Positions 1 to 9,571 of a stretch of 64,000 nucleotides of DNA are shown one piece after another. The position numbers and the translations under genes were made by a program. The stretch comes from Oxyplasma meridianum. GTDB taxonomy: Archaea; Thermoplasmatota; Thermoplasmata; Thermoplasmatales; Thermoplasmataceae. The stretch lies in the NCBI RefSeq assembly GCF_038024865.1, contig NZ_CP133772.1, positions 8,131 through 72,130 of the forward strand, given 5' to 3'. Position 1 is the stretch's first letter. Every line of letters begins with the position of its first letter. The notes below the pieces were generated by a model. The model was not told the DNA's origin and made no database searches. It saw only the letters and a list, made by a program, of their open reading frames with translations.

Positions 1-410
1 TATGGCTGCGTCGGTTCCATGTCCTTCCGCTTCCGGGGCAAATCTGTAAACAATGAAGCCTGAAATAAGACCGCCCAGGACAAGAGAGACTGGAATCAAA
101 AACATTCTGAAGTGTCCTATGACATAGTTGGGAACCCCTCCCGACGCACCACTTACTGGGGGGGTGAAACCTGTAAGTCCAACCAGCATATACTCAGTTA
201 CAAGTTTTATACTGAAATACAGGGCAAGTGCACCAAATCCTGCGATTATGCCTATAAAAATTCCAACAATAACCCATTTCGCTGTACTTCTGGAAAGCAG
301 CAATTTTCTAAGCCGTTCTAAAAGTACCCTGCCTTCCTGCATTTCAACAATCCTTTATTAAAGGTTAGTTAATATTATTTCTCATAGCACCAAAGAAGAC
401 GAAATTTAAA

Positions 411-2285
411 TCACTGTCTCCTGGCCGCTTCCATGAAAAAATCCTGGCAGTCTTGCAGAGGAGTTTGCGACAATTTCATTTCAGGTATGTACTTTTTGAA
501 ATACCTTGCCCTCTTGTCCAGTATCATAGCCATGCCGATGTCTGTCTCGTTTCTAATCAGTCTGCCGATCTCCTGCTTAATCTTTATCACTGTGGGATAG
601 GTTACTGCATATTCCCACCCTTTCCCAAAAACTCTGTCATAGTATCTATATATAGAATCCTGCTTCGCGTCTGGCCTTGGATATGGAATTCCAGCTATTA
701 TGACAAACTCAAGCTGGTTTCCGGGAAAATTCATACCTTCAGCTATGCGTCCTCCAGAAACTGCAAAAAGTGTTCTTCCCCCCTTTCTGAATTTGCTTAT
801 CATTTCCATGAGGTCCGATTGTGTCTTGTTTCTGGACTCAACCATGACATCTGAGGGGAATCCCATACTGTATATCCTATCAAGAACATTATACGAGGGA
901 AAGAATACTATTGTGTTTCTGTGTATGGCTGAGGTTAAGGATCTTATCTGTTCATAAAGCCTTGAAGCGCCACCTTCATCAAATTCATCGTACTTTGTTG
1001 TGGTCCCTTCATAATACATGACTGAAAGATTCTCTCTGGGAAACATGTATGGTATAACCCTGCTGGATGAATCCTGAAAACCGGTTACATTCAGATAGAC
1101 ATCTATTGGACTGAGAGTCCCGGACATATGTATTGTCCTAGATTCCCTCAGGGGATTCAGAAGAACAGAAGGGTCCATGCAAAAAGCCTCTATCTGTCCA
1201 TTTCTCTGCTTTGAAAGAACTGCAACAAATTTCTCCTCGTCAACCGTTTCCCAGGACATGAGATAATTGGAAAGGGAGAACACTGAAGATCTGGGGACAT
1301 GTCCCTTCTTCTCCTTCTCACCGGCAATATATTCCCCGAATATATTCAGATATGTAATGAGGTTACCGTACTTTTCTGAGGACATGGAATTTGCGATCAT
1401 CATATTTTCTCTGAGATCCTGGAATTTTATACGCACCTCATCTCTCTCGCCTATCCGGTCACGAATGAGATCCATTATGGTATTTCTGATCATTTCCATG
1501 AGATCGGTTGATCGTATCCTCTCCATCAGTTCAATATCCCCATAGTCCAGGCTTTCCTTTTCTGCAGAGTTTACCAGATTTGTGGATATTCTGAAGGAAG
1601 ATGCATTTCTCGCAAGATCCGGGAGGTTATGTGCCTCATCAAGTATGATGATCAGTTCTTCTCTGGAGACTCCCCAGTGGTTGAGAAATCTGTTGGCAAC
1701 GCCGTAATTGAGGAAAAAGGCATAGGGGGCTATAACCAGATTGGCATCCTTAAGCGCAAACTTAACCGATTCATAAGGGCAGAGGTTATTTTCCGTTCCG
1801 TAAATGTAAAATTCCTCGGCTGTGGGAAGCTGTGAAAATAAATATTGTGAAGTAGAAGGATCTCTTACCTTCCAGTTGAAATAGTGGCAGGCATCCTTAT
1901 CCCCCTCCATGACCTTCTTTTTTCTCATGGAACAGAATCTGGAGAGGGATTCAGAATCAAATTCCCCCTCTGTTTCAAGTTCCCTGTAAAGGGGGCACAT
2001 GTTGCTCCTTCCCTGTATCACAACCGCTTTTATATCACGGTTACCTATGGACCTTAACTCATTTATGACCTGTTCCTGCTGGGAATTTGTCCTTGTTAGG
2101 TACAGAATTTTCTTTCCCTGGTTCTCGTTGGATCGTATGGCCGAAAGAAGGCCCATTATTGTTTTCCCTGAACCAGTTGGGGATTCTATGGCAACAGACT
2201 GCTTTTTCTTCAGCTCTTCAAAAACAAAATCTATGATGCTCTTTTGGTAGTCCCTGAGACCATAATTTTCAACCAAAATAATCAC
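411..2285 (-). CDS. xpd: XPD/Rad3-family 5'-3' DNA helicase with Fe-S domain
   Basis: Walker A 'ESPTGSGKT', DEAH box 'IILDEAHNL', and a four-Cys insert (CPLY..C..C..CPY) between the helicase motifs, typical of XPD/DinG Fe-S helicases. Confidence 0.85.
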   Translation of the reverse strand: MIILVENYGLRDYQKSIIDFVFEELKKKQSVAIESPTGSGKTIMGLLSAIRSNENQGKKILYLTRTNSQQEQVINELRSIGNRDIKAVVIQGRSNMCPLYRELETEGEFDSESLSRFCSMRKKKVMEGDKDACHYFNWKVRDPSTSQYLFSQLPTAEEFYIYGTENNLCPYESVKFALKDANLVIAPYAFFLNYGVANRFLNHWGVSREELIIILDEAHNLPDLARNASSFRISTNLVNSAEKESLDYGDIELMERIRSTDLMEMIRNTIMDLIRDRIGERDEVRIKFQDLRENMMIANSMSSEKYGNLITYLNIFGEYIAGEKEKKGHVPRSSVFSLSNYLMSWETVDEEKFVAVLSKQRNGQIEAFCMDPSVLLNPLRESRTIHMSGTLSPIDVYLNVTGFQDSSSRVIPYMFPRENLSVMYYEGTTTKYDEFDEGGASRLYEQIRSLTSAIHRNTIVFFPSYNVLDRIYSMGFPSDVMVESRNKTQSDLMEMISKFRKGGRTLFAVSGGRIAEGMNFPGNQLEFVIIAGIPYPRPDAKQDSIYRYYDRVFGKGWEYAVTYPTVIKIKQEIGRLIRNETDIGMAMILDKRARYFKKYIPEMKLSQTPLQDCQDFFMEAARRQ

Positions 2286-2311
2286 CCATGGAAGAATAAG
2301 TTCCCGGGATT

Positions 2312-3010
2312 TTACTTAATTTTCTCCAAAAGCATTGCTTTTCTCTGACTCAACTGTTCCGGATCAGGGAGGTATCTGGAAGCCTCTTCCAGGGACTCCA
2401 GGGCTTCCCTGTATTTTTCCATCTTTTCCAGCAATTCAGCCTTTACCAGATAATACTGGTAGTTTTCTGGGGAAAGCTGTATGGATCTGTTTATATCATT
2501 CAGCGCTTCTTGATATCTCTTCATATGAACCAGTATTTCATGCCTTTTGTAGACAAATATCTGGTCCATTGGATTCAATCTGACTGCATTGTCATAATCT
2601 TTGAGAGCATCTTCCAGCTTATTCTTTTTCCATAGAACATTCCCTCTATTGTAATAGTAATCAGGAACATCCTTTTCTATCTCTATTGCACGCGAGAAGG
2701 ATTCTTCAGCGTCATTAAGTTCTCCAAGATCTTCCTGGGCTGCGCCCAGTGCGTTATAATAGTCGGCATGGTCAGGAAGAAGAGAAATGGACTTTTTATA
2801 ATCCTCAATTGCCTGTTCAAGCATCTTAAGCGAGTAATATGCAAGCCCCCGGTTGAAATAGTAATCCGGTTCATTGCCTATCACCTTTATGGCTTTTGTA
2901 AACTCCTTTATGGCCTCAGGATACTTTGCCAGGTTGAAATATGAAATCCCTCTCTCATTGTAGTCATCAGCTAATTCGTCATTATCTCTTGGTTTAAAAT
3001 TGCTAGGCAC
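2312..3010 (-). CDS. TPR-repeat protein
   Basis: Repeated 34-aa units of the form A..Y..A...Y.KA..L.P.....YN.G.. Confidence 0.7.
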   Translation of the reverse strand: MPSNFKPRDNDELADDYNERGISYFNLAKYPEAIKEFTKAIKVIGNEPDYYFNRGLAYYSLKMLEQAIEDYKKSISLLPDHADYYNALGAAQEDLGELNDAEESFSRAIEIEKDVPDYYYNRGNVLWKKNKLEDALKDYDNAVRLNPMDQIFVYKRHEILVHMKRYQEALNDINRSIQLSPENYQYYLVKAELLEKMEKYREALESLEEASRYLPDPEQLSQRKAMLLEKIK

Positions 3011-3057
3011 GGTGATATAACTCAGGATAATATATGAACATTAACTATTTCTGAATA

Positions 3058-3711
3058 TCACAAATTTAACCTACAGTTTTTGGAAGATGAAATAAGATTC
3101 TGGTAGGTTTTCCATTTAACTCTCACAATCTTTGATAAGTCAACTCTGTTTTCAATGGATGTCTGAAGAAATTTTATCGTTCTTGGGTCAGACGGATACC
3201 CGGAACCTATTTCTCCGTACTTTTCAGACAGAGCTCTTATTTCGCGGTCCCTGATAACCTTCGCCACAATTGATGCTGCGGAGACAGAAGGGTAGTTTGA
3301 ATCCGCTCTGTGCGCGCAGAAGACTTTTTTCCCGCTCTCCAAACTCAGCGATTTACTCAATCTTTCAGGATTTACATCAAAGGAGTCCACATAAACATCA
3401 CATTCTGCATCCCGAAGGAGTTGAAGTGCAAAATGGCGTTCAATCTCATTGAGGGTAATCCTTTCCATCATGTCGTTTATTTCCCCGGGGCTGATAACAA
3501 CCAATGACTTATGTAGATTAAGGCGGTCCATGCGATCAAAAAGCATCTCTCTTCTTGCCGGCGTAAGTTCTTTTGAATCTCTGACTCCCGCTTTTTTCAA
3601 CTCCGCTGGATCGCCGCATACCATTGCCATCACCATGGGGCCAATAACTGGGCCTCTCCCAGCCTCATCAATGCCACACTGACACTCTCTTCTATTATTT
3701 GAAACAATCAA
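3058..3711 (-). CDS. rnhB: Ribonuclease HII
   Basis: N-terminal 'GIDEAGRGPVIGPMV' RNase HII active-site motif; about 210 aa. Confidence 0.85.
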   Translation of the reverse strand: MIVSNNRRECQCGIDEAGRGPVIGPMVMAMVCGDPAELKKAGVRDSKELTPARREMLFDRMDRLNLHKSLVVISPGEINDMMERITLNEIERHFALQLLRDAECDVYVDSFDVNPERLSKSLSLESGKKVFCAHRADSNYPSVSAASIVAKVIRDREIRALSEKYGEIGSGYPSDPRTIKFLQTSIENRVDLSKIVRVKWKTYQNLISSSKNCRLNL

Positions 3712-3821
3712 ATCCTATCTCAAAGAAAATGTAAGGATAATAGTAAAATTTACTCTTTCCAAAAAGTTCGAAAAAAATTAAATGCTCTTGTTTTATAATC
3801 AAAAATCGATGTGATATAGTA

Positions 3822-4871
3822 TTGGATAGAAACGAGAATTATCTTTTGAAAAACCGGGAAATGATAGACAGGGAGCTGGATTCTTTCTTCAAGATGAAAC
3901 TAGATGAATGCAGAGACCCAGTCAGCAGGGATATGGTTGCAAGAATTAGAGATTTCACAATGAACGGGGGAAAGAGGGTGAGGCCCATACTAACAATTGC
4001 AGGCTATAATCTTTTCAGGGGATTTGATGAGAGAATCACAAAGGCCTCCATTTCAATTGAACTGACGCAATCCTATTTACTGATTCACGACGATGTTATG
4101 GACCAGAGTGAGACCAGGAGAGGAAAACCAAGTTTTCATGCCGGTGTAAGGGAATCCATTCCAGAAGGCACATGGGACAGAAAAAGGCTGTCCGAAAATC
4201 TGGCAATTGTTGCCGGAGATCTGGCCGACAGTTTTGCAAATGAAGCCATAACACGATCCGGTTTCGGGCATAAGGAGATTCTGCTTGCTACAGATCTTCT
4301 TGCAGAGATAGTTGAATATACCGGTTACGGGCAGTTGTTGGATATAAATTCCGCAATGGATGAGGAATTCGGGCAGAAGGATCTGATGCGTCTTCATCTC
4401 TGGAAGACTGCCAAATATACAATAGAGGGACCACTGATGATGGGTGCAGTTTTAAGCGGTTCAGAGAAAAACCTGAAACCTCTCAGCTACTATGGCTATC
4501 TTCTGGGTCTTGCTTTTCAGCTTCAGGACGATATTCTTGGCCTTTATGGGAACGAGAAGACAATAGGTAAATCAGTGAAGAATGACGTTAACGAAGGGAA
4601 GAAGACACTCCTGATGATCAAAGCGATGGAATATTCGCCGGAATACATGCCATTCATAAATGAGTGCCTGAAAAATGGAGACATAAGCGATGAGGATTTT
4701 GAAAAGCTTAAGGATATCGTCAAATCATCAGGTTCATATGATTACTCCATAAACATGATGAAAAAACTTGCAGAGAAGAGTAAATCATATCTTGAATTAG
4801 TTGATGGAGAATCTGAGACAAAGAATTTTCTGAAGTGGTTCGCTGATTATATAATAACAAGGCAGAACTAA
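3822..4871 (+). CDS. idsA: trans-isoprenyl diphosphate synthase (geranylgeranyl diphosphate synthase-like)
   Basis: Two DDxxD motifs ('LIHDDVMDQ' and 'QLQDDILG') with 'GKRVRP' upstream. The size fits a short-chain prenyl synthase. Confidence 0.8.
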   Translation: MDRNENYLLKNREMIDRELDSFFKMKLDECRDPVSRDMVARIRDFTMNGGKRVRPILTIAGYNLFRGFDERITKASISIELTQSYLLIHDDVMDQSETRRGKPSFHAGVRESIPEGTWDRKRLSENLAIVAGDLADSFANEAITRSGFGHKEILLATDLLAEIVEYTGYGQLLDINSAMDEEFGQKDLMRLHLWKTAKYTIEGPLMMGAVLSGSEKNLKPLSYYGYLLGLAFQLQDDILGLYGNEKTIGKSVKNDVNEGKKTLLMIKAMEYSPEYMPFINECLKNGDISDEDFEKLKDIVKSSGSYDYSINMMKKLAEKSKSYLELVDGESETKNFLKWFADYIITRQN

Positions 4872-5713
4872 AATTTAGGCCCGAATTTATTATACATCTC
4901 CTTTAGGGTGTTTTCATCAACATGTGTATAGATCTGTGTTGTAGCGACACTTGCATGGCCAAGAATTTGCTGAATGAATCTGATATCTCCTCCCATTCTG
5001 AGGACAGTTGTGGCAAAAGTATGCCTTAGAACATGCGGTGTTACTTTTTTCTGGATACCTGCCTCTTTTGACACTCTCTTTACAATTCTCTCAATCGTTG
5101 ATGGATGGAACCTTGTATTCTTTTGGCTTATCAAAAAGGCATTATCTCCCGTGGTCCTTTTAAAACGTTTCATAAGGTATTCGTGGGCAAGATTCTTGCA
5201 GATCTCCGGGATTATCACTATTCTGTCTCTGTCGCCCTTTCCGCCCTTTACTGTAATTATGCCTTCTTCAGTGTCTATATTCTCTATATTAATTCTGCAA
5301 AGTTCCCCAACTCTAAGGCCAGTGTAAAGGAGGAGAGAAACAATGAGGTTGGTTGTGAGATCCTTTTTAGAAGTTTCAATAAGCGAACCCGCCTCCTTTT
5401 CACTCAGGTAATTGGGCATCTTTAATGATCTCTTTGGCGGCATAAGATTTATTGGAGGAGTTATGCCATTTGACCGGAATAGAAGTTTTAATGCATGAAT
5501 AGCTATGTACTGGCTGTTTTTGGAAAATTTTCTTTCAGTTGCAAGGTAGTGTTTGAAATTTTCTATGTCCTCAGGGCCAGTATCTTTAAGCTTTTTTTTG
5601 GTAAAATTGAGGAACATGGTGGCCATTGATCTGTACTCTTTTATGGTGTATAGACTCTTCCTCTCCCCTCGCATATAAAAGGTAAATTTTTCAACAATCT
5701 CCATTTTGTCCAT
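4868..5713 (-). CDS. xerA: Tyrosine site-specific recombinase (XerA/XerCD-like)
   Basis: C-terminal catalytic box 'HVLRHTFATTVLRMGGDIRFIQQILGHASVATTQIYTHV' (R..HxxR..Y) and an N-terminal SAM-like core-binding domain. Confidence 0.85.
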   Translation of the reverse strand: MDKMEIVEKFTFYMRGERKSLYTIKEYRSMATMFLNFTKKKLKDTGPEDIENFKHYLATERKFSKNSQYIAIHALKLLFRSNGITPPINLMPPKRSLKMPNYLSEKEAGSLIETSKKDLTTNLIVSLLLYTGLRVGELCRINIENIDTEEGIITVKGGKGDRDRIVIIPEICKNLAHEYLMKRFKRTTGDNAFLISQKNTRFHPSTIERIVKRVSKEAGIQKKVTPHVLRHTFATTVLRMGGDIRFIQQILGHASVATTQIYTHVDENTLKEMYNKFGPKF

Positions 5714-5812
5714 TTCTCAGACCTCCTGCTTCTGTTTACTCGAAACTTTCATGCCTTTCTGAGAGAAGCTGAAAGCCACAGCATGATGAGAATTTCCGGC
5801 TGCATATACTAT

Positions 5813-7330
5813 GTCAGGTTATGGTTTTTGTCAACCATGTTAACAAAAACCTTTGGAAGTTATGATCCGGCTGATCCTTAAACTTCGTGGATACAACCCA
5901 ACACCCTCTATCCCATCCTCAAATGATTCTGGGAATGCTTTTTTAGTTATATTGTATGCTGCATTTACATCTGCATTGATTATTGTTCCATTTTCCGGTT
6001 TGAATAGTCCTCTAAGTATTCTTTTTCCTTTGTAATTATCATGATGTTTTATTGTCTCTTGATCTAGAAAACTGCATTTGCTTGTGTGTGATTCATCTAT
6101 TACAGAAACATTTATTCCCTTCTCTTCTGCTTTGTATCTCATCTGCTGTATAAGCGTATTGAAAGGTATCTGTACAAACTTCTGGTTGTTTATTCTGCCT
6201 ATTTCAACGCGATGTTTCCATCCTTCATTATGGCCTATGGCAATTGTACCTATATGATCTGTTTCTGCATAATTGATAATGAATCTACTCATCTTATGCA
6301 TAACATCCTTAATTTTTCTATCTCTCTTCATGAATAATCTCTTTTCTCTTTTTGTCATGTATTTATTTCCTAACTGCCTATCACTTATGGATCTTAGTTC
6401 CGAGTATTCTTTATTGAAATACTGATTAATGGGTCTCACAGCACCACCCTTGATAGCAATTGGTCTATTACCAATACTATCTACAATAGTTACAATGTTC
6501 CTTACACCAATATCTATACCTATGATTCCTTTATTTTGTTCCTTTTGTTCCCTTACATTCTCTATCTCCTTCCAATATACTATTTCTATCTTGTATCCTA
6601 TACCTTGAGGAACTATTCTTACCTCTCTTAAATTTACATGATTTAATCTCGTTTTCACCTCCAGACTCATTATCTTTGGAAATTTTAATATTCCATTCTT
6701 TATCTTACATTGCTGGTTTGTGAATATTAGAATGAACTCTCCATCTTTGCCTCTGTATTTTGGCGGTTTTGGTCTTCCAAAAAAGGTTTTAAGATGTTTT
6801 CCATATTCTTTTCTATATTCTTTTTCTGCTTTGAAAAAAGAGATCCAAGCTGAAAAGGCTTTCTTTATTGTCCATTGTGCTGTCTGTGCCGGTAGTTTTC
6901 TATAATTATTATTATCGCTTTCATTTTCATTCTGAAACAATTTTACTAAATGGTTGTAATCTGAAAGCTTCTCTTTATTGAAAAATTGTTGTCTAAGCAC
7001 ATAATTTGCTTGATTGTATAGATTATTTGAATAATGACACATCTTTGATATTATATCATTAGATTTGATGTATATCTCTTCCGTTCTAATGATATTCATA
7101 ACCAACCTCAATAGAGTGATTCTCTCTTTTTGAATACATCTTCATTGAATAACAGTGAAGCGCTTTCATTGATAATATTATAATATATAATAAGTATATA
7201 TATAGTTATTTGAATAACCGATTATAAGAATCATTTAATTCTCCATTACTTCAAAAAAAACAGCAGTGGGGAACATTTAAAAAGGATTGACAGGATCAAA
7301 AAGTCCAAGATTAAGAATTAAAAAAGATAG
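5813..7330 (-). mobile_element. Complete IS200/IS605-family (IS1341-like, tnpB-only) insertion sequence
   Basis: The tnpB ORF is flanked by an AT-rich left end with hairpins (7112-7330) and a right end (5813-5925) that recurs at three other loci in this window. The right end overlaps the tnpB 3' end and extends about 27 nt past the stop codon, the usual omega-RNA position. Confidence 0.7.
5840..7111 (-). CDS. tnpB: IS200/IS605-family transposon-associated protein TnpB (OrfB, RuvC-like RNA-guided nuclease family)
   Basis: 423 aa; RuvC-I 'IGIDIGVRNIV', C-terminal 'HTSKCSFLD...ADVNAAYNI' (RuvC-III). No tnpA partner, so IS1341 organisation. The ORF is intact. Confidence 0.85.
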   Translation of the reverse strand: MRLVMNIIRTEEIYIKSNDIISKMCHYSNNLYNQANYVLRQQFFNKEKLSDYNHLVKLFQNENESDNNNYRKLPAQTAQWTIKKAFSAWISFFKAEKEYRKEYGKHLKTFFGRPKPPKYRGKDGEFILIFTNQQCKIKNGILKFPKIMSLEVKTRLNHVNLREVRIVPQGIGYKIEIVYWKEIENVREQKEQNKGIIGIDIGVRNIVTIVDSIGNRPIAIKGGAVRPINQYFNKEYSELRSISDRQLGNKYMTKREKRLFMKRDRKIKDVMHKMSRFIINYAETDHIGTIAIGHNEGWKHRVEIGRINNQKFVQIPFNTLIQQMRYKAEEKGINVSVIDESHTSKCSFLDQETIKHHDNYKGKRILRGLFKPENGTIINADVNAAYNITKKAFPESFEDGIEGVGLYPRSLRISRIITSKGFC

Positions 7331-7331
7331 A

Positions 7332-8072
7332 TTAGGTCACCGTAACTGTGCCAAGCATCCATCCGGGTGTGGCCATTGCACCGTTAAGGCCAAGTGATCC
7401 CGATCCGCATTCAGCTTCACACTGCCATACTGCTGTTCCACCACTGGTTATTACAAACTGTGCATGCGTTACAGTCTCCGGCTGTGAGGGTATATTCAGC
7501 CCCAATGAACTCACTGTGAATGTATGTGCAATGTTTCCAGATGGAAGGCTGCTCACTGATGTTGAATTGCTGAAGAATGACGGGGAGTTGACTTCAGAGT
7601 AGAGGGTTCTGAGGGCACTGGAATCATTATTATTGTAATACGACATGAACTGTGCCTTTGTCATCTTATGGTTGATATCAGGTATATTCTGTATATTGCC
7701 TATGCCTGTAACATTCACATGGCCGCCCATGGTTCCAAGAACAGTGTTCATATTGGGATTCATCAGTGGAGATGGTCCATTGTCGAAATCTATCAGTATG
7801 AGATTTATGACACGATCGGCAGGCAGATACAGGTTGGAGGCGTCATGAAGTGATCCATTCTGCAGTATGAAGTAAGATGGCTGTGTTCCAGTGCTGGCGT
7901 TGAATATTACGCCATGCTGTATCACCAGGGTTATGTTGTATGGGTTATGGTCAATAACAGGGGATGCATTGGCCATGTCAGGCTGGTGGACAACCCATAT
8001 GCCTCCACCTATCCCTGCAAGTATGACTGCTACTGTAAATACTATTAATATCCTATCTTCCATCTTTATCAC
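7332..8072 (-). CDS. Membrane-anchored secreted glycoprotein with cupredoxin/COX2-like C-terminal Cys motif
   Basis: N-terminal TM helix 'ILIVFTVAVILAGIGGGIWVV', about 8 N-x-S/T sequons, and C-terminal 'H..(15)..CEAECGSGSLGLNGAM' resembling the CuA loop (CxExCGxxHxxM) but lacking the distal His. Confidence 0.4.
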   Translation of the reverse strand: MIKMEDRILIVFTVAVILAGIGGGIWVVHQPDMANASPVIDHNPYNITLVIQHGVIFNASTGTQPSYFILQNGSLHDASNLYLPADRVINLILIDFDNGPSPLMNPNMNTVLGTMGGHVNVTGIGNIQNIPDINHKMTKAQFMSYYNNNDSSALRTLYSEVNSPSFFSNSTSVSSLPSGNIAHTFTVSSLGLNIPSQPETVTHAQFVITSGGTAVWQCEAECGSGSLGLNGAMATPGWMLGTVTVT

Positions 8073-8192
8073 TGAAATTTAGATGTTAACAATACTTATT
8101 AATAATGAACCTTAAATGTAAAGCGCAAAATATATAAGGAAAATATGAAACTCAATTCATGGATTGCCGGTGGAAGTTGAAAACGTTCATAA

Positions 8193-9197
8193 GTGGTAAA
8201 GGGATTCACAGGAATGAAAGCTCTAGTTTTGAGGAAACCTCTCGGTGTCGAAAACCTTAAGTTTGAAGATGTGCCAGATCCGGTTCCCAGGGATGATGAG
8301 GTCCTGGTCAAAGTTATCATGTCAGGTCTCAATCCGGTTGATTATGGTCTGATTAATGGGAGGATAATATATAACGTAAGTCCAATGCCACACATTCCAG
8401 GGGCAGAAGCAATGGGAACTGTAATGAAGAATCATGGAACATTCAGGGAGGGGGATAGGGTGGTCATATACAACAGGGTGTATGACGGAACATGCCCAAA
8501 ATGCCTCAGTGGAAATGAACATCTGTGCATTAATGGCGGAATATGGAGTGTGGTGAGCAACGGAGGGTATTCAGAGATGGTTGCAGTGAAATCATACAAT
8601 CTTTTCCCCATACCAGATAGCATAGGCGATGAAGTTGCTGTGAGTCTTCCCGTAGGAGCTCTAACCGCATACAGGGCATTGAAAAGGGCAGGTGCTGAAG
8701 CAGGAAAAAAACTTCTTGTCTACGGTGCTTCAGGAAATACTGGAACATTTCTTACTCAGCTTGGGAGTATTATGGGAATGGAAGTTCACGCTGTAACCAG
8801 GAAAGACTGGACTGGTGATTTCGGGTCCCATAAAACATACTCTGCTGAGAGCATTCCAGAAGACCTCAAAGCGGATATTGTTGTAAACTCCATAGGGTCA
8901 AGTTTCTGGAACAGTGCAATCAGCCACCTGGACAGTTCAGGCACACTGGTAACATTTGGGGTCCAGACAGGAAAAGAAGCGTCAATTGATATTTCTCAGA
9001 TATATAGTAGGGAATACAGTATTGTAGGTTCCACAGGTGGCACAAGAAAAGATTTCCATGAGGTTATTGAAATAGCGGAAAAATTCAAACTCAAAGTCAA
9101 GGTATCAGAAACCCTCTATCTTGGAGACTACGTTAAAGCTATGAAAAGATATGAAGAGAAAAGAGACGGAAGGATAATTTTCAAAAACAACAGGTAA
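8193..9197 (+). CDS. Zinc-dependent alcohol dehydrogenase / MDR-family oxidoreductase
   Basis: Structural-Zn motif 'CPKCLSGNEHLC', a catalytic region 'PGAEAMGTV', and a Rossmann motif 'GASGNTG'. Confidence 0.8.
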   Translation: MVKGFTGMKALVLRKPLGVENLKFEDVPDPVPRDDEVLVKVIMSGLNPVDYGLINGRIIYNVSPMPHIPGAEAMGTVMKNHGTFREGDRVVIYNRVYDGTCPKCLSGNEHLCINGGIWSVVSNGGYSEMVAVKSYNLFPIPDSIGDEVAVSLPVGALTAYRALKRAGAEAGKKLLVYGASGNTGTFLTQLGSIMGMEVHAVTRKDWTGDFGSHKTYSAESIPEDLKADIVVNSIGSSFWNSAISHLDSSGTLVTFGVQTGKEASIDISQIYSREYSIVGSTGGTRKDFHEVIEIAEKFKLKVKVSETLYLGDYVKAMKRYEEKRDGRIIFKNNR

Positions 9198-9203
9198 TCC
9201 ATC

Positions 9204-9310
9204 GTCAGGTTATGAAATCAGTTAACCATGTTAAAAGGCTAATTTGGAAGTTATCATCTTTCTGATGCTTAAACTTCATGGGTTCAACCCAGCACCCTCC
9301 ATCTCATACT
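9204..9310 (-). repeat. Solo copy (B) of the IS1341-like right end / candidate omega-RNA scaffold
   Basis: About 75% identical to 5813-5925 ('gtcaggttatg..aaccatgttaa..ttggaagttatcatctttctgatgcttaaacttc..'). Begins 7 nt after the adh stop codon. No tnpB attached. Confidence 0.6.
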
Positions 9311-9571
9311 CTTTTATTTTCAAAATTAATTTTCATGGCCGGCATGTTATGCGTATGATTTAGGATCAAACAGCACCCATACACACATCCCAACTCAACT
9401 TGCAGGGAAGACCTCTTTTTGTTGAGAGAATCAACGCAACCAGTCATGTGAACTTATGCGGTTAATTCTTAAAATCAAACTTATACCTCACTTTTATACC
9501 TAGAATCATCTTCAAAGCCCTGAATTATGGCTTTAGGAGGCGTACAATAGCACTTATGTCTAAAAAGTCAA

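Noticed and set aside
453-2250. Multiple 60-130 aa ORFs antisense to or overlapping larger genes (inside xpd, acs, rrp41/rrp42, fdhA and others)
   Set aside because: They are fully embedded in strongly supported genes on the other strand or frame and have low-complexity translations with no motifs.
5714-5812. Imperfect inverted repeat 'tgcctttc-(11)-gaaagcca' upstream of xerA, considered as a possible dif site
   Set aside because: The 11-bp spacer and 8-bp arms with a mismatch do not fit the 6-bp-spacer architecture of known Xer sites. More likely a promoter or terminator element.
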